From positions 5,024,001 through 5,088,000 of the forward strand of contig OZ250169.1 of NCBI GenBank assembly GCA_965237955.1: DNA of 64,000 nt. Reading direction: 5' to 3'. Shown here piece after piece: positions 1 to 10,677 of the stretch; position 1 is the first letter of the stretch; each line of letters opens with the position of its first letter. This stretch comes from Candidatus Marinacidobacterales bacterium (GTDB lineage: Bacteria > Acidobacteriota > Vicinamibacteria > Marinacidobacterales > SMYC01). The notes beneath the pieces are model-generated. The model searched no databases. It was not told the origin of the DNA and saw only the letters and a program-made list of their open reading frames with translations. Made by a program: the position numbers and the translations under genes.

Positions 1-1
1 G

Positions 2-244
2 CGCATCGAGAGTGCTTTCGAGCGGTTCGACCGGCTGAACGTTACCATTCAGGCGATGGACGTGAGCGTCGACGACGACGGGGCGGCGGCTCGGTTCGAG
101 CTGGTGGTGGTTGCCTTCCGCGGTGAGGATCGCATGGTCGTGGTCGGGACTCCGTTTCAGCCCGAGCTCGTTCGCGCCACACTTACGCGTGACGGCTCGG
201 CGTGGAAGATCGTGCGCGTCGATCGAGGTATCGCCGAGCAGTAA
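2..244 (+). CDS. 5'-truncated hypothetical protein, possibly SnoaL/NTF2-like
   Basis: Frame open from the window edge to TAA at 242-244; C-terminal TLTRDGSAWKIVR is typical of NTF2-like folds. Confidence 0.5.
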   Translation, partial: RIESAFERFDRLNVTIQAMDVSVDDDGAAARFELVVVAFRGEDRMVVVGTPFQPELVRATLTRDGSAWKIVRVDRGIAEQ

Positions 245-249
245 CCCGC

Positions 250-657
250 ATGCATGTCGTGCTCTTCGATGGCGTCTGCGCTCTGTGCGATGCTTCCGTG
301 CGATGGCTCATCGCTGCCGACAAGAAGCTCGTGCTCCACTACGCGCCGCTTCAAGGCGAAACCGGAAAGGCCGTCCTATCGCGTCACCCGGACGCCGATC
401 AAAGCTTGTCGACCATCTTATACGTACGGGGTATGGGTGGCGACAGCGAACGGCTCTACGAACGCTCCGACGCCGCGTTCGAGATACTGTACGACCTCGG
501 GGGAATGTGGCGGGTGCTGTCGTGGTTTCACTTTGTTCCGCGGGCGCTTCGAGATGCCGTGTACGAGCTCATCGCCAAGCACCGATACCGGTGGTTCGGC
601 AAATTCGACGCATGCCGCCTTCCTGAATCGGAAGACGCCGGGCGTTTTCTGCCTTGA
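250..657 (+). CDS. DCC1-like thiol-disulfide oxidoreductase (DUF393)
   Basis: N-terminal VLFDGVCALC motif and C-terminal RDAVYELIAKHRYRWFGK; ATG at 250. Confidence 0.9.
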   Translation: MHVVLFDGVCALCDASVRWLIAADKKLVLHYAPLQGETGKAVLSRHPDADQSLSTILYVRGMGGDSERLYERSDAAFEILYDLGGMWRVLSWFHFVPRALRDAVYELIAKHRYRWFGKFDACRLPESEDAGRFLP

Positions 658-667
658 GCTGTCTAAT

Positions 668-1915
668 CTAGCCGAAGATCTTCTTGAAGAGCTTCGTCAT
701 CCGGGTCGGTTGATGACCTTTCTCGAGATAGCGCGTGGCGTCTTCGTTTCCGGGGTCGATTTTCAGCGCGCGCTCGAGCTCGGTAATCGCGCGCGCGTGC
801 TTCTTGGTTCGCTGATAGTAGCGACCGAGGGCCACGTGGGCGTGTGCGTCGTTCGGAGCGAGGGTCACCGCCTGGAGAAAATGCTCTTCGGCCGTCTTCT
901 CGAGGGTCGGGTGGAATTGCATCGCCTGCCCCAGCATCAACTGATAGCTCGCGTTCGCCGGCGCGAGCGCGACGAGCTCGTGCAAGAGAGGGATCGCTCC
1001 GTCCCATTCTTTGACGTGGAGGTGCAGCTTGGCGTCGCGCTCGAGTTGTTCGATGCGGTTCATGCGAGCGATGCCGTCGGCGGCGTCTTCCTCCTCCTCT
1101 TCCTCGGGAAGAGATTCGGGAACGAGAACGAGATCGGCCTCGACTGGTTCGGGGGCACGTTCCTGCTTCACGTCCTCTCCCGCATCAGCGATTTCGAGGA
1201 GGCCGAGCGTGAGAAGCGCGTAGCAAGCTCGAAGCGCGGCGCTTCTCTCGAGCGACGCGTCGCGAACGATCGAGCCGATCGTCACACCGCCCCCGGCCTT
1301 CTCCAAAACGTTTCGCTCTAGCCGTGCGAGCTTGCTGAGATCGAAGTTGTAAGCAGGTCGCTCGGCCATGCGGACGACGGTATCGGCCGGCGGTAGGGCC
1401 GAGAGGATGAGGCGACCGTCATCGACGCGCCTGAGCCCTTTCAGTAGAAGGGGTGGTACCGACAACGAGAACGGCAGGCGTGTGTCATTGGTCCCGGCGG
1501 TCTCGGCCTCTTCGAAGCTGTAGAGCCCTTCGGAGGTGCGGAACAGTGACAGCACGATTCTCTGCACCTGGACGCCGAGCTCGCGATGGAGTTGCTTCCG
1601 ATTGAGCCGACCCATCTTGAGGAGGGCCTCGCCGAAGCGGCAGCTGTCGTTCGTCATCCTCTCGCTCGCGAGACGATAGTCGCCCTTCGAGATGCATTCG
1701 TGCGCGAGCATGCTCTCGCCGAGGCGATCTTGTCGCATGTTGCTCTTGGCGAAGCGCACCGCGCCGTCGTCGACGCGTATCGTTTTGATCCAGTTCCCGC
1801 TGACGATCTGAAGCTCGCCCGAGCGGCCTTCGTCAGCGACTCGCTTGAGAACGTTGGTAAACGCAACGGGCGAAAACGCCCCCATCCAGCTCGACTCCGT
1901 GGCCACACTTGTCAT
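668..1915 (-). CDS. DUF4388 domain + TPR protein
   Basis: SGELQIVSGNWIKTIRVDDGAVRFAKSN...RLGE N-terminal domain, C-terminal TPR-like helices; GGAGG upstream. Confidence 0.8.
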   Translation of the reverse strand: MTSVATESSWMGAFSPVAFTNVLKRVADEGRSGELQIVSGNWIKTIRVDDGAVRFAKSNMRQDRLGESMLAHECISKGDYRLASERMTNDSCRFGEALLKMGRLNRKQLHRELGVQVQRIVLSLFRTSEGLYSFEEAETAGTNDTRLPFSLSVPPLLLKGLRRVDDGRLILSALPPADTVVRMAERPAYNFDLSKLARLERNVLEKAGGGVTIGSIVRDASLERSAALRACYALLTLGLLEIADAGEDVKQERAPEPVEADLVLVPESLPEEEEEEDAADGIARMNRIEQLERDAKLHLHVKEWDGAIPLLHELVALAPANASYQLMLGQAMQFHPTLEKTAEEHFLQAVTLAPNDAHAHVALGRYYQRTKKHARAITELERALKIDPGNEDATRYLEKGHQPTRMTKLFKKIFG

Positions 1916-2051
1916 AGCGTCGATCGACCTCCGATTGGTCTGACAAGCTTACGGGATGCGCGGAGGGAAACCTGTGACACGAGTTGCTGGGTTTTCCCGC
2001 CAGGAAACGTGGTAGGAAACCCACAATGATGCCAAAAGAGAAAAGCAGCCG

Positions 2052-2385
2052 TTACGGGGAGGTGGTGGCCGCGGGCCGCTCGGGAGTACGGATCCACGTG
2101 GGGCGGGGTGTTCCCAACTCGACCCAGGCGTAGTTTCCGTAGCGCCCGAGGACGTCGATGGTGGTGCCGGCGTCGATGTGTTGCATCACCACTGCGTCCC
2201 TCGCCGGTCGATCGAGCACAGGTACCTCTCGAGCGAGCTCCACCGTATCGATCGCGCGGCTCGTGGGGTCGGTTTCACTCTCGGCAACATAGCCGGCGAC
2301 GCCGTTCGGCAACGCGACGCGATAGCTCCGGCTGGACCCGCCCGAGACGAAGAGCGGCGTATGCTTGGGCATCTCTCGTAGCGGA
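2052..2385 (-). pseudogene. C-terminal fragment with SH3-like domains (as in M23 peptidase-SH3 proteins)
   Basis: YRVALPNGVAGYV and IDVLGRYGNYAWVE are SH3b-like; no credible N-terminus. Confidence 0.5.
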
Positions 2386-2478
2386 TGCTTCCAAGCATGA
2401 CATGGCGCGGCAGCGGTGAGTACTCTTGCATAGCGTTGTCTCAGAATACCGAAGTCGACCGCGGTAAGATAGGAGCCC

Positions 2479-2790
2479 ATGCCGAAGATGATCGCCGAAA
2501 CGCGTCGTCTAGCGAACAAGAAGCGGCTGGAGCGGATTCGCTCGAGCCGAGAGGCGATGCAGACGGTCATGGGAAAAGAGCTTCGCCGCCTGGTCGCGCT
2601 TACCGAGGTCAACGATCACGTGCGGCCGGAGGAGATCGAGCGTACTCGAGTCAAAATCGAGGAGCTCGACGAGGCCATCGGGTCCGCAGGCTTGCGGCTC
2701 GATGCTTTGCGACTGATCTGGAGGCGGCCAGCCCGCCGGAGCCGTAGCGTATGTTGCGCGTTCGCGCCATCGTCACGATTGTTCTTCTGA
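2479..2790 (+). pseudogene. rapA: C-terminal fragment of RNA polymerase recycling factor RapA
   Basis: ELRRLVALTEVNDHVRPEEI...LRLDALRLI resembles the RapA C-terminus; helicase domains absent. Confidence 0.7.
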
Positions 2791-2933
2791 TTTCCGTTAT
2801 CTACGCGTTCACGCCCGCCGAGCGCAAGCGACGCTGGCTCGACAAGCTCCGCGAGCTCGCCAAAGCGCTCACGATCTCGACGGTTCTCTACTGGATCTAC
2901 ATGTTCGCGGTGTTCTTCTTGCGTCAGAATTAG
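2751..2933 (+). CDS. Small membrane protein, 60 aa
   Basis: Two hydrophobic stretches separated by a basic loop; fills the gap between genes. Confidence 0.55.
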   Translation: MLRVRAIVTIVLLISVIYAFTPAERKRRWLDKLRELAKALTISTVLYWIYMFAVFFLRQN

Positions 2934-2950
2934 CGGCTGGCATAATTGAG

Positions 2951-4700
2951 ATGAACCCTGAAAACGAAGGTCCACGCATCGCCCGTGCCAAGAAGAAGCT
3001 CGAGGTCCAACAATCACGGCAGCCTCGGATGCCTGTGTCTTTTCGCGCTTCCGTTCGTCGGAGTGGGCGTGTTCATGGGCTATCTCACCGTCGCGACGCT
3101 CGTCGAATGGTCGATGCGATCGTGGGTGCGCGTCGACGCCGAGATCGTTTCCGTCAATCTACAGCGGAACAGCGGCTCAGATTCGACGACCTATGAGGTG
3201 ACGGCGAGCTACCGTTACGTCGTCAACGGCCAGGAGTACAGCGGATCACGAGTCGCTCTCCACTCGGGCTCCGACAATATCGGCCACCACCACCGCGACG
3301 CCTACGCGGAGCTTTCCGGCTACCGGGGCAAGACATTCCGTTGTTTCGTCGATCCGAGCTCGCCCTCCGATGCCGTTCTCTATCGCGATCTCCGCTACGG
3401 CCTCGTCGGCTTCTATCTTCTTTTCGTGGTGCTGTTCGGGGGCGCGGGCTTCGGGATGATCGCGGCGGGTCTCTATGGTTCGCGGAAAGCGAAGCGGCAC
3501 GAAGAGCTCGAAGCGCTCCACCCCGACGAGCCCTGGCTCCAGAACGAAGACTGGAACGAGGGCCGCATACGTTCGTCGACCAAGGCGGCGTTCATCACTA
3601 GCGCGGTTTTCGCCGGCGTGTGGAACTTGCTCTCGATGCCGGTCGTCGTGTTCGCACACGAGCAAATCTTCGACCCTGACAACCGCATTGCACTCGTGGC
3701 GCTCTTGTTTCCCATCGTAGGAGTGGGCCTCGTCGTATGGGCCGCGCGCAGCTTCATCCAGTGGCGCAAGTTCGGCGAGTCCATCTTCGAAATGCGGACG
3801 ATCCCGGGCGTCATTGGAGGACCGCTCGAGGGGACGATTCGCGTCAGCGCGGACATTCGTCCGGGGGCGGGCTTCGACGTGATGCTCAGCTCGGTACACC
3901 GCTATCGCTCGGGAAGCGGAAAGAATCGAAGCACCCATCAAGACGTGCTCTGGCAGAAATCGTATCGGGTCGCGCTCGCTCGATCGGGCCCGGGCATCCC
4001 GATCGCGTTTCAGATGCCGTACGACTGCGAGCCGACCGACGACAGCGACTCCGACAACCAACGTATCTGGAAGTTGGAAGTGAAGGCGGAAGTGTTGGGT
4101 GTCGACTACCACGTCGAGTTCGAGGTTCCCGTGTTCCGTACCGAGCACAGCTCAACGCACGCTCCCGATCCGAGCGACGGGGTCGACCCGCCGTTTCGCG
4201 TCGACGTGCCCCTTGCAGAGCAGCTTCGCAAATCGGGCGCCCGTGTCGAGCACCTAGCGTCCGGCAGACGGTTCGTGTTTCCGATGGCTCGTCATGTTGG
4301 AAGCGCACTTGCGCTCACGCTCTTTTTCGCCGTTCTGACCGGAATCACGGTCGGTCTCTGGTACTCCGATGCGCCTCGCTTGTTCCCATGGGTCTTCGGC
4401 CTGTTCGACGTTCTCATCTTCTTGGGCGTGCTGGATATGTGGTTTTTCTCGAGCCGCATCGATGTGCGAGAGGGGGGGCTGAGCTTTGCCGCCGGACTGT
4501 TTGGCGGGAGACGTCGCGAGCTGAGCCGCACCGACATCGAGAAAGTCGCGCCGAAACGTGGAATGCAGTCCGGGAATAAGCTGTTCTACCAGATCGAGAT
4601 TCTCGAGCATGGCGGTAAGACCCACGTCGCCGCGAAGCGCCTGCCCGATCTCGATACCGCCGAGCGGCTCGCCGCGGAGATTGAAAACATTCTCGGTTGA
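2951..4700 (+). CDS. DUF3592-domain multi-pass membrane protein (possible frameshift near start)
   Basis: 571-aa ORF with STTYEVTASYRYVVNGQEYSG and VDPSSPSDAVL motifs plus several TM pairs; ATG 2951 is in a different frame from the main ORF (2985). Confidence 0.75.
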
Positions 4701-4710
4701 CAAGTATAAT
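4681..4710 (+). promoter_or_regulatory. sigma70-like promoter for the PilZ gene
   Basis: TTGAAA-N18-TATAAT. Confidence 0.5.
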
Positions 4711-4747
4711 TGACGTATCGAAGAATCCGATTCAGCAAGGTCTCGCC

Positions 4748-5348
4748 ATGAAAACGTTGCTCGACTTGATCCAGGAATGGGCCACGCTCAACGATGCCAA
4801 GACCTTGGCCGGCGGCGTTCTGCCACCCGACGACGAAGCGCGGTGGAACGAGCTGAGAGAATTCTACGAGCTTCTGATGGCACAGGATGGCCTGCCCGAG
4901 CACCCGGTCGCTCGCTACTCCGCCTCCGAGATTCGAAACGCGGTGTCCAAGCGATCGGGGCTCCGGGTCCGCACCGACCTCGAGATCGTAATGATGAAGG
5001 AGTCGGAAGTTCATTTCGCTCGTGTTGGGAATCTGAGCTGTGGGGGCGTCCTGCTGCTGAGTGACTCTGGCTTCGATGTCGGCACGGGAGTTCTGCTCCA
5101 TCTCGCGAACGTCTCTAGAGGCGCTGAAGTGCTTCCAATCAACGGAGAGATCGTGTGGAGCGCGGACTCGGGCGCCGGCAACGGCACGTTCCGCTACCGG
5201 ATGGGCGTTCAGTTTGCCGGACTCGGCACCAAAGAAGAGGAGACCCTCGACGCGTACGTCGTCGAACAGTCTCGAGACGAAGCTTCTGTCAGTGTCACGC
5301 GATTCCCTCCCGTCCGACTTTATGCAGCGAGAGGGGCTCGCGTTTTAG
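4748..5348 (+). pseudogene. PilZ domain protein with N-terminal helical extension, frameshifted near 5268
   Basis: RSGLR (RxxxR) and NLSCGG motifs; C-terminus SLETKLLSV...REGLAF is in another frame and aligns with the paralog at 20421. Confidence 0.75.
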
Positions 5349-5360
5349 GACCCAGCGGTA

Positions 5361-6179
5361 TCAACGCGGGATCGCCGTAGTTTCTCCCTCCGTCTCCCAC
5401 CCTTTTTCTTCCGCGAGCAGCTTCATGTCTTCGATGCGGTCTTCACTGAGCGGATGCGTTGCAAGATAGCTAGCGAGGGAGTGTTCCAAAGCCGTATCCG
5501 GGGAAGGAAGCTTCTCGAAGAAATCCGTAGCGCCTGCGACGTGACCGAACTCGGCCACGACGAGCATTAAGCCGAACGCATCGGCTTTCGATTCTTGCTC
5601 GCGGCTGAAACTCCGAGTCGACAATTGGCCCGAAAGCGCCACTAGCTCCGCCACGGTCCCACTCTGCCCCATCGCCGTCAGGATCAGAGCGAGCGCGAGA
5701 CCGCGCCCCAGGCTGCGCACGTGATCGCGATCGCGATAGTGACCGAGCTCGTGCCCGAGCACGAACGCGAGCTCGTTCTCGCTCTCGACTTGAGCCACGA
5801 GCCCGGTCGTTACTAGGATGAGCCTGCCCGGAAAAGCGAGTGCGTTGGGTTGGCTCGATTCGAGAAGCCCTACCCGGAGCCCGTCAGGGTGCTCGGGCCA
5901 GTGGACGAGGAGTCTTTCCAAAAGCGCCTCCAGCTCGCGCTCTTGGGCTTTCTCGACGTCGTTCGTCGGCGTGTACCGCATCGCTTCGAAGTTGGGAAAG
6001 ATGCTCGCCTCCCAAGACCGCGGCAGATAGGGGACGAGACGATCGACGAGAAACGTCGCGAGGCCGAGAAGGACGGCGACGACGACGATCACGCCGACGA
6101 CCAGCACCACACCCTCCTTCAGCGGATGACGCGGGGTGACGTTGACGTCGTCGCGGGGAAGGCGCGGTTTGAAGTTCAC
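5361..6179 (-). CDS. M48 family metallopeptidase
   Basis: PNALAFPG, HELGH, FSREQESKAD and THP motifs. Confidence 0.9.
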   Translation of the reverse strand: MNFKPRLPRDDVNVTPRHPLKEGVVLVVGVIVVVAVLLGLATFLVDRLVPYLPRSWEASIFPNFEAMRYTPTNDVEKAQERELEALLERLLVHWPEHPDGLRVGLLESSQPNALAFPGRLILVTTGLVAQVESENELAFVLGHELGHYRDRDHVRSLGRGLALALILTAMGQSGTVAELVALSGQLSTRSFSREQESKADAFGLMLVVAEFGHVAGATDFFEKLPSPDTALEHSLASYLATHPLSEDRIEDMKLLAEEKGWETEGETTAIPR

Positions 6180-6661
6180 GCGACCGTCGCTGGTCTCTTG
6201 AACTTGACGCCGGTACCGAAGGCCAGGATCTCGACCGCGGCTGTGCCCTTGTTGTTCCCGTGCGAGCTCGCAATTCGTGACGTTTCGAGGCGGACGTTGA
6301 TGACCGCGTTGAAACCCTTCCGGCGTGCTTCGTCTTTCATACGCATGATCGCCTCTCGCCGCGCGCGGTCGAGCAGCGATTCGTACGACGCGATGCGGCC
6401 GCCGAACAGCATGCGAAGACCCGCCAGGAACCGCTTGAAATAGTCGACAGAGATGACCACGCTGCCGGTCACCATCATCGTATCGACCGCTTCCTGGTCC
6501 GGTGGCTCATAGGGGAACGTGACCGTGAGAAAATGTCGCGACGCGTGCTCCCGAGCCCTGAGCGCCCGGTAGTGTTTTTTCTCGATCGCGGTGCCGATGA
6601 AGTACGCGCCTATTAGGAGCACCAGCGCAACGAGGAGCTGAACGAGTGCATCGTAAGCCAT
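6176..6661 (-). CDS. YbjQ-family protein with N-terminal TM helix
   Basis: GGRIASYESLLDRARREAIMRM...AVINVRLET...AFGT. Confidence 0.85.
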   Translation of the reverse strand: MAYDALVQLLVALVLLIGAYFIGTAIEKKHYRALRAREHASRHFLTVTFPYEPPDQEAVDTMMVTGSVVISVDYFKRFLAGLRMLFGGRIASYESLLDRARREAIMRMKDEARRKGFNAVINVRLETSRIASSHGNNKGTAAVEILAFGTGVKFKRPATVA

Positions 6662-6663
6662 CG

Positions 6664-6978
6664 CTACTGCACCTTGACCGCGGTGCCGTACGCGAACAGC
6701 TCGGCCGCGCCCTGGGCCACGGAGCTCGTGGTGAAGCGCACGTTGACAACGGCATTGGCCCCCATCGAGTGCGCCTGAGCGACCATCCTTTGGACGGCCT
6801 CCTGACGCGCTTCGTTGAGAAGCTCGGTGTAACCCTTCAACTCGCCACCGACGATGTTCTTGAAGCTGGCCATGATGTCTCGGCCGATATGTTTCGCGCG
6901 CACCGTGGAACCGGTGACGACACCGTAGAACTCGAGAATGGTTTTTCCCGGGACGTTCTCCGTATTGCTCAGAATCAA
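6664..6978 (-). CDS. ybjQ: YbjQ/UPF0145 family protein
   Basis: GRDIMASFKNIVGGELKGYTELLNEARQEA...GANAVVNVRF. Confidence 0.92.
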   Translation of the reverse strand: MILSNTENVPGKTILEFYGVVTGSTVRAKHIGRDIMASFKNIVGGELKGYTELLNEARQEAVQRMVAQAHSMGANAVVNVRFTTSSVAQGAAELFAYGTAVKVQ

Positions 6979-6993
6979 GATGGTCTCCTTTCT

Positions 6994-7416
6994 TCAGTCT
7001 TCGTCGTGAATGGGACGCCTCTGCTCTTTCATTGCGGAGCGATGGCGTTTGTCATCAAGGCGCCTTTTTCTCGCCGTCATTGTCGGTTTGGTCTGACGGC
7101 GCTTTTTCGGTTTTTCCGCCGCCCGGCGCAGGAGCTCGACGAGACGCTCGACAGCATCTCCGCGGTTGCGCTTCTGGGAACGGAAACGATTGGCTTCGAT
7201 GGTCACGACGCCGTCGTCCGATATCCGGCTGCCCGCGAGCTCGGCCACGCGAGCACGGACGTCCTCCGGCAGTGACGGGGAGCCGCCAGCGTCGAACCGG
7301 AGCTGCACCGCGGTCGCTACTTTGTTGACGTGCTGACCACCCGGGCCTCCCGAGCGTACGAACTTCACCTCGAGCTCGGACTCGTCGATGGCGAGGTCTT
7401 CGGTGACTTGGAGCAT
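6994..7416 (-). CDS. arfB: Alternative ribosome rescue peptidyl-tRNA hydrolase ArfB
   Basis: RSGGPGGQHVNKV (GGQ), RSQKRNR, basic C-terminal tail. Confidence 0.95.
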   Translation of the reverse strand: MLQVTEDLAIDESELEVKFVRSGGPGGQHVNKVATAVQLRFDAGGSPSLPEDVRARVAELAGSRISDDGVVTIEANRFRSQKRNRGDAVERLVELLRRAAEKPKKRRQTKPTMTARKRRLDDKRHRSAMKEQRRPIHDED

Positions 7417-7539
7417 TCCTTTAATAAGGATACCAGGGTGACGCCCTGTGGCGGTCGGCGCGGGGCTAAAACCCCACGTTCCAAACTACCGCCGCCGAGC
7501 AATATGTCTTTGTTTCAATAACTTAGAGCAGGCTCGGTT

Positions 7540-7556
7540 TCGGCACGCGGATTGCT
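7540..7556 (+). promoter_or_regulatory. sigma54 -24/-12 promoter with nearby IHF-like site
   Basis: CGGCACGCGGATTGC (GG-N10-GC); TTTCAATAACTTA at about 7513-7525. Confidence 0.65.
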
Positions 7557-7599
7557 TTCTCGAATGGGGAATTCCCCCGAACCGAGACATTGAGGAGTC

Positions 7600-10297
7600 A
7601 TGCCGCGTTTCTCCGTTGTGCTTGCGTTGAGCGCCCTGTTTTTGGCCGCGGGCCCGTCCGGGGCGCAGACCACGCACTACCGGTCCATTGGCAGCGCTCT
7701 CGACTACACGACCGGAACGGTCACCGCGGTCAACGGTGAGACCTGCGTCGTCGGCTCGCTCGACCTCCAGTGGAAAACGGCGAATCGGGGCCGGGGCGAT
7801 CGCATCGTCATCGGCGGTATGCCGTACACGATTCTATCCGTCGACGCCGAGAACGAGCTCACGCTCACCCAGCCCTACACCGACCCGACGACGTTCACCG
7901 CGCTCTACACGATCTCCCGGAAGTTCGGGATGCTCAAAGACTGGGACGATTGCATCTCGAACGACGTAGGGTGCGACGGCGCCTCTTCGTCGAGCCTGGT
8001 CACGGACGATCGGATCGAGGTAGGCGTCGTCTACAAGGATTCGGTGTACCTCATGAATGCGGGCGGTGACAAGCTTGATCTCGAAAACGTCCCTACCGAC
8101 GCGGTCCACACCATCACGCTAACCGTCACCCCGCCCAACCGCCACCACGGCGTGCTGGACACGGGTGTGATTCTCGACAATGGTTCAGGCGACCCCGCCA
8201 TCAGAAATCCGGACCGGCTTCGTGACCATCGAGTGGATCGAGCTGCACCGTGGAGACACCGACGATCAGATTCTTGCCGACAACATCGGCCTCTCGAGCC
8301 AAATCGTCGTGCGCAACGTGTTGTTCTACGATGATGACAACACCGCGTACGGATTCCACGTCGACGATGAAGATGCCAAGGTTCTCTTCTATAACAACAT
8401 CCTCTACGGCTTGGATCACGGAGTGCACGTCGCCGGATTGACAGCCGCCTCGCCGGGCTTGTTCGAGTTCTACCACAACACGTTCTACCAGAATGTGCGC
8501 GGCTTGCACTCGCCAAGCCCCCCGGCCGACAACGACGTCATCGTCATGAACGGAAACCTGGCTCACTCCAACACATTGGCGGACTTCGACGCGCTCACTC
8601 CCGATCCGTCGAGCGCCAAGAATTGGTCCGGCGACGGTACCGGGGCGACTCACGGTGGCGTGGGTGGAATCGCGCTCCCCGCGATCTAGTTCGTCTCCTC
8701 GACGTTTCCGGAGGACTTGCACATCATGAGGGGCAGTATCGTCATGGATCAGGGCTTGGCAATCGCGGCCGTGATCGATGATATCGATGGCCGTCCTCGC
8801 GGCACTCCCGATATCGGCGCCGACGAGGCGGATAGCTCGTCCGCGAATCCAGCAAAGATTCTGACAGCGAAATCGGCCCTCGACCTCGTCCAGCTCGAGT
8901 GGCAGCACCCGGACTTCGGGCCGATGGACTTTGTCGAAGTCCACCGGAGCTCGACCGCCTTTCTGACAGATCTGTCCGTCCCGATGTTGGCGTGCACCTA
9001 CTTAACACCGGCTCCGGGAACGAAAGGACAGTGCGCGGACATGCTTCCTCGTGTCAACGGCACGCCGTATTACTACTCGGCCTTCGTCTACGACTTCGGT
9101 GGCAACTACTCGAAAGAGACGAGCGTGATAGGGCTGCCGTTCGACACCGGAGCCGTCCCCCCCAAGTGGACCTATGCGACGAGAGCGGCGACGCAAGAGC
9201 CCGCGGGTGTGCGAGGCTCGAACGCGTTCGTCGTCTCGAACGACAGTTTCTTCCACGCGATGCAGGGCGGCGCTCTTCCCACTTCGGGCGAGTGGCCTCT
9301 CTCTGCATGGGCGCCTTACAAGTTGCCGGCCGCGGTTCAACACCGTCCGGTGATCGTCAGCCTCACAGGCAGCCCGACGGCACTTCTCGGCGCCCAGGAC
9401 GGTCGAGTGTACGCGATCGACATCGCCACCGGGAGGCTGGTTTGGAAGAGCCCGGACCTGGGCGGGTCGATCGACGCGGCTCCCGCCGCGCTCGTTGCGG
9501 ACTACAGTGCGACGGGAGGAGGAGCCGACAAGGTCTTCGTGGGAACGTCGGACGCGTCGTCGAACTCTCTGTTCGTTCTCGACCTTTTCACAGGCGATCT
9601 CGTCGAGCGCTTCGATGATGTGAGCCAACCGGCGAACATCGGCGCCATCACCGGTGTTGCCGTCAAATACCCGAGCGGCCCGGTCTTCTTCACATCGGAC
9701 AACGGCTCGGGCGGAGGGAACAGAAACGTGTGGTCCATCGATGTCAGCGTGCTCCCGGCGACGCCGGTCGAGATTTGGTCGGACAACCCCGGTGCGATCG
9801 ATGCCGGCCCGACGCTCTACCAGAACCTCCTCTTCGTGGGCTCGAGGGCTGGGAATCTCATCGGCTACAACGACGTCGGTATCTTGCCGCTGTGGACGCT
9901 CGCGCTCGCCAACGGTGCGCTGAAGGCGCCGATTTTCCCCGTGTTCTCGTACGACACGCTCCTGGTGTCGACCGATGACGAAGTCCACTCGGTTCAGTTC
10001 ACCGCCACCGGCGGCTGCGTCACGCCTCCGTGCACGAACTGGACGGAGGTGCTGGGCTCGCCGGCATCACCGATTCTCTACGTTCCCGGGACCGATAAGG
10101 TCTACGTCGGCCTCGGGAACGGAGACTTGCGAGAATTTACCTTCGATCGGGTGGTACCCACCAACCCGCGGACGCCCCGGACCTTGACACTTTCCACGTC
10201 GGGGCTCGGTGGACCAGCGTTCTCCATTCCTCATCTCACGCTGTACGTGAGTGATACCAGTGGCAAAGTCCACGGCATTCCCTGGCCCATCCCATGA
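7600..10297 (+). pseudogene. Large secreted protein (beta-helix-like region, FN3-like segment, PQQ-type beta-propeller), disrupted
   Basis: Signal peptide and GAGGAG RBS; frameshift near 8205 and in-frame TAG at 8687-8689; DIDGRPRGTPDIGADE and GRVYAIDIATGRLVWK motifs. Confidence 0.7.
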
Positions 10298-10677
10298 CGG
10301 AGCGGACACGATGAAGTTGCGAAGAGCTGGTTGGTGCGTTCTCCTCGCCGCGATCGTTCTGCTCGCGACGCCGGGTAGTGAAGCGATGATGGGCGAGCGT
10401 CCGAGAAAACGTCCGTTCTTGCTGCGCGCACACGTGGTCGACTTCGAGACCGGAGCGCACCCGAGAAAGCGCTCGCGCCGGCGGCGCTTCCGAGCCTACA
10501 AAACCCATACGATCGAGTTCGATGTCTTTCAGCGGGGACGTCCCGGTTTTGAGCGGCCGAGCCAAGTCAAGCTCTACTTGCCGAACGGCGATCTCTACAG
10601 CGCGCTCGATCTCGAGCCCTTCGAAGACGAATCGATTCGCAAGCGCGGCCGCCCGGCTGCGACGGCGCGGGTACGGG

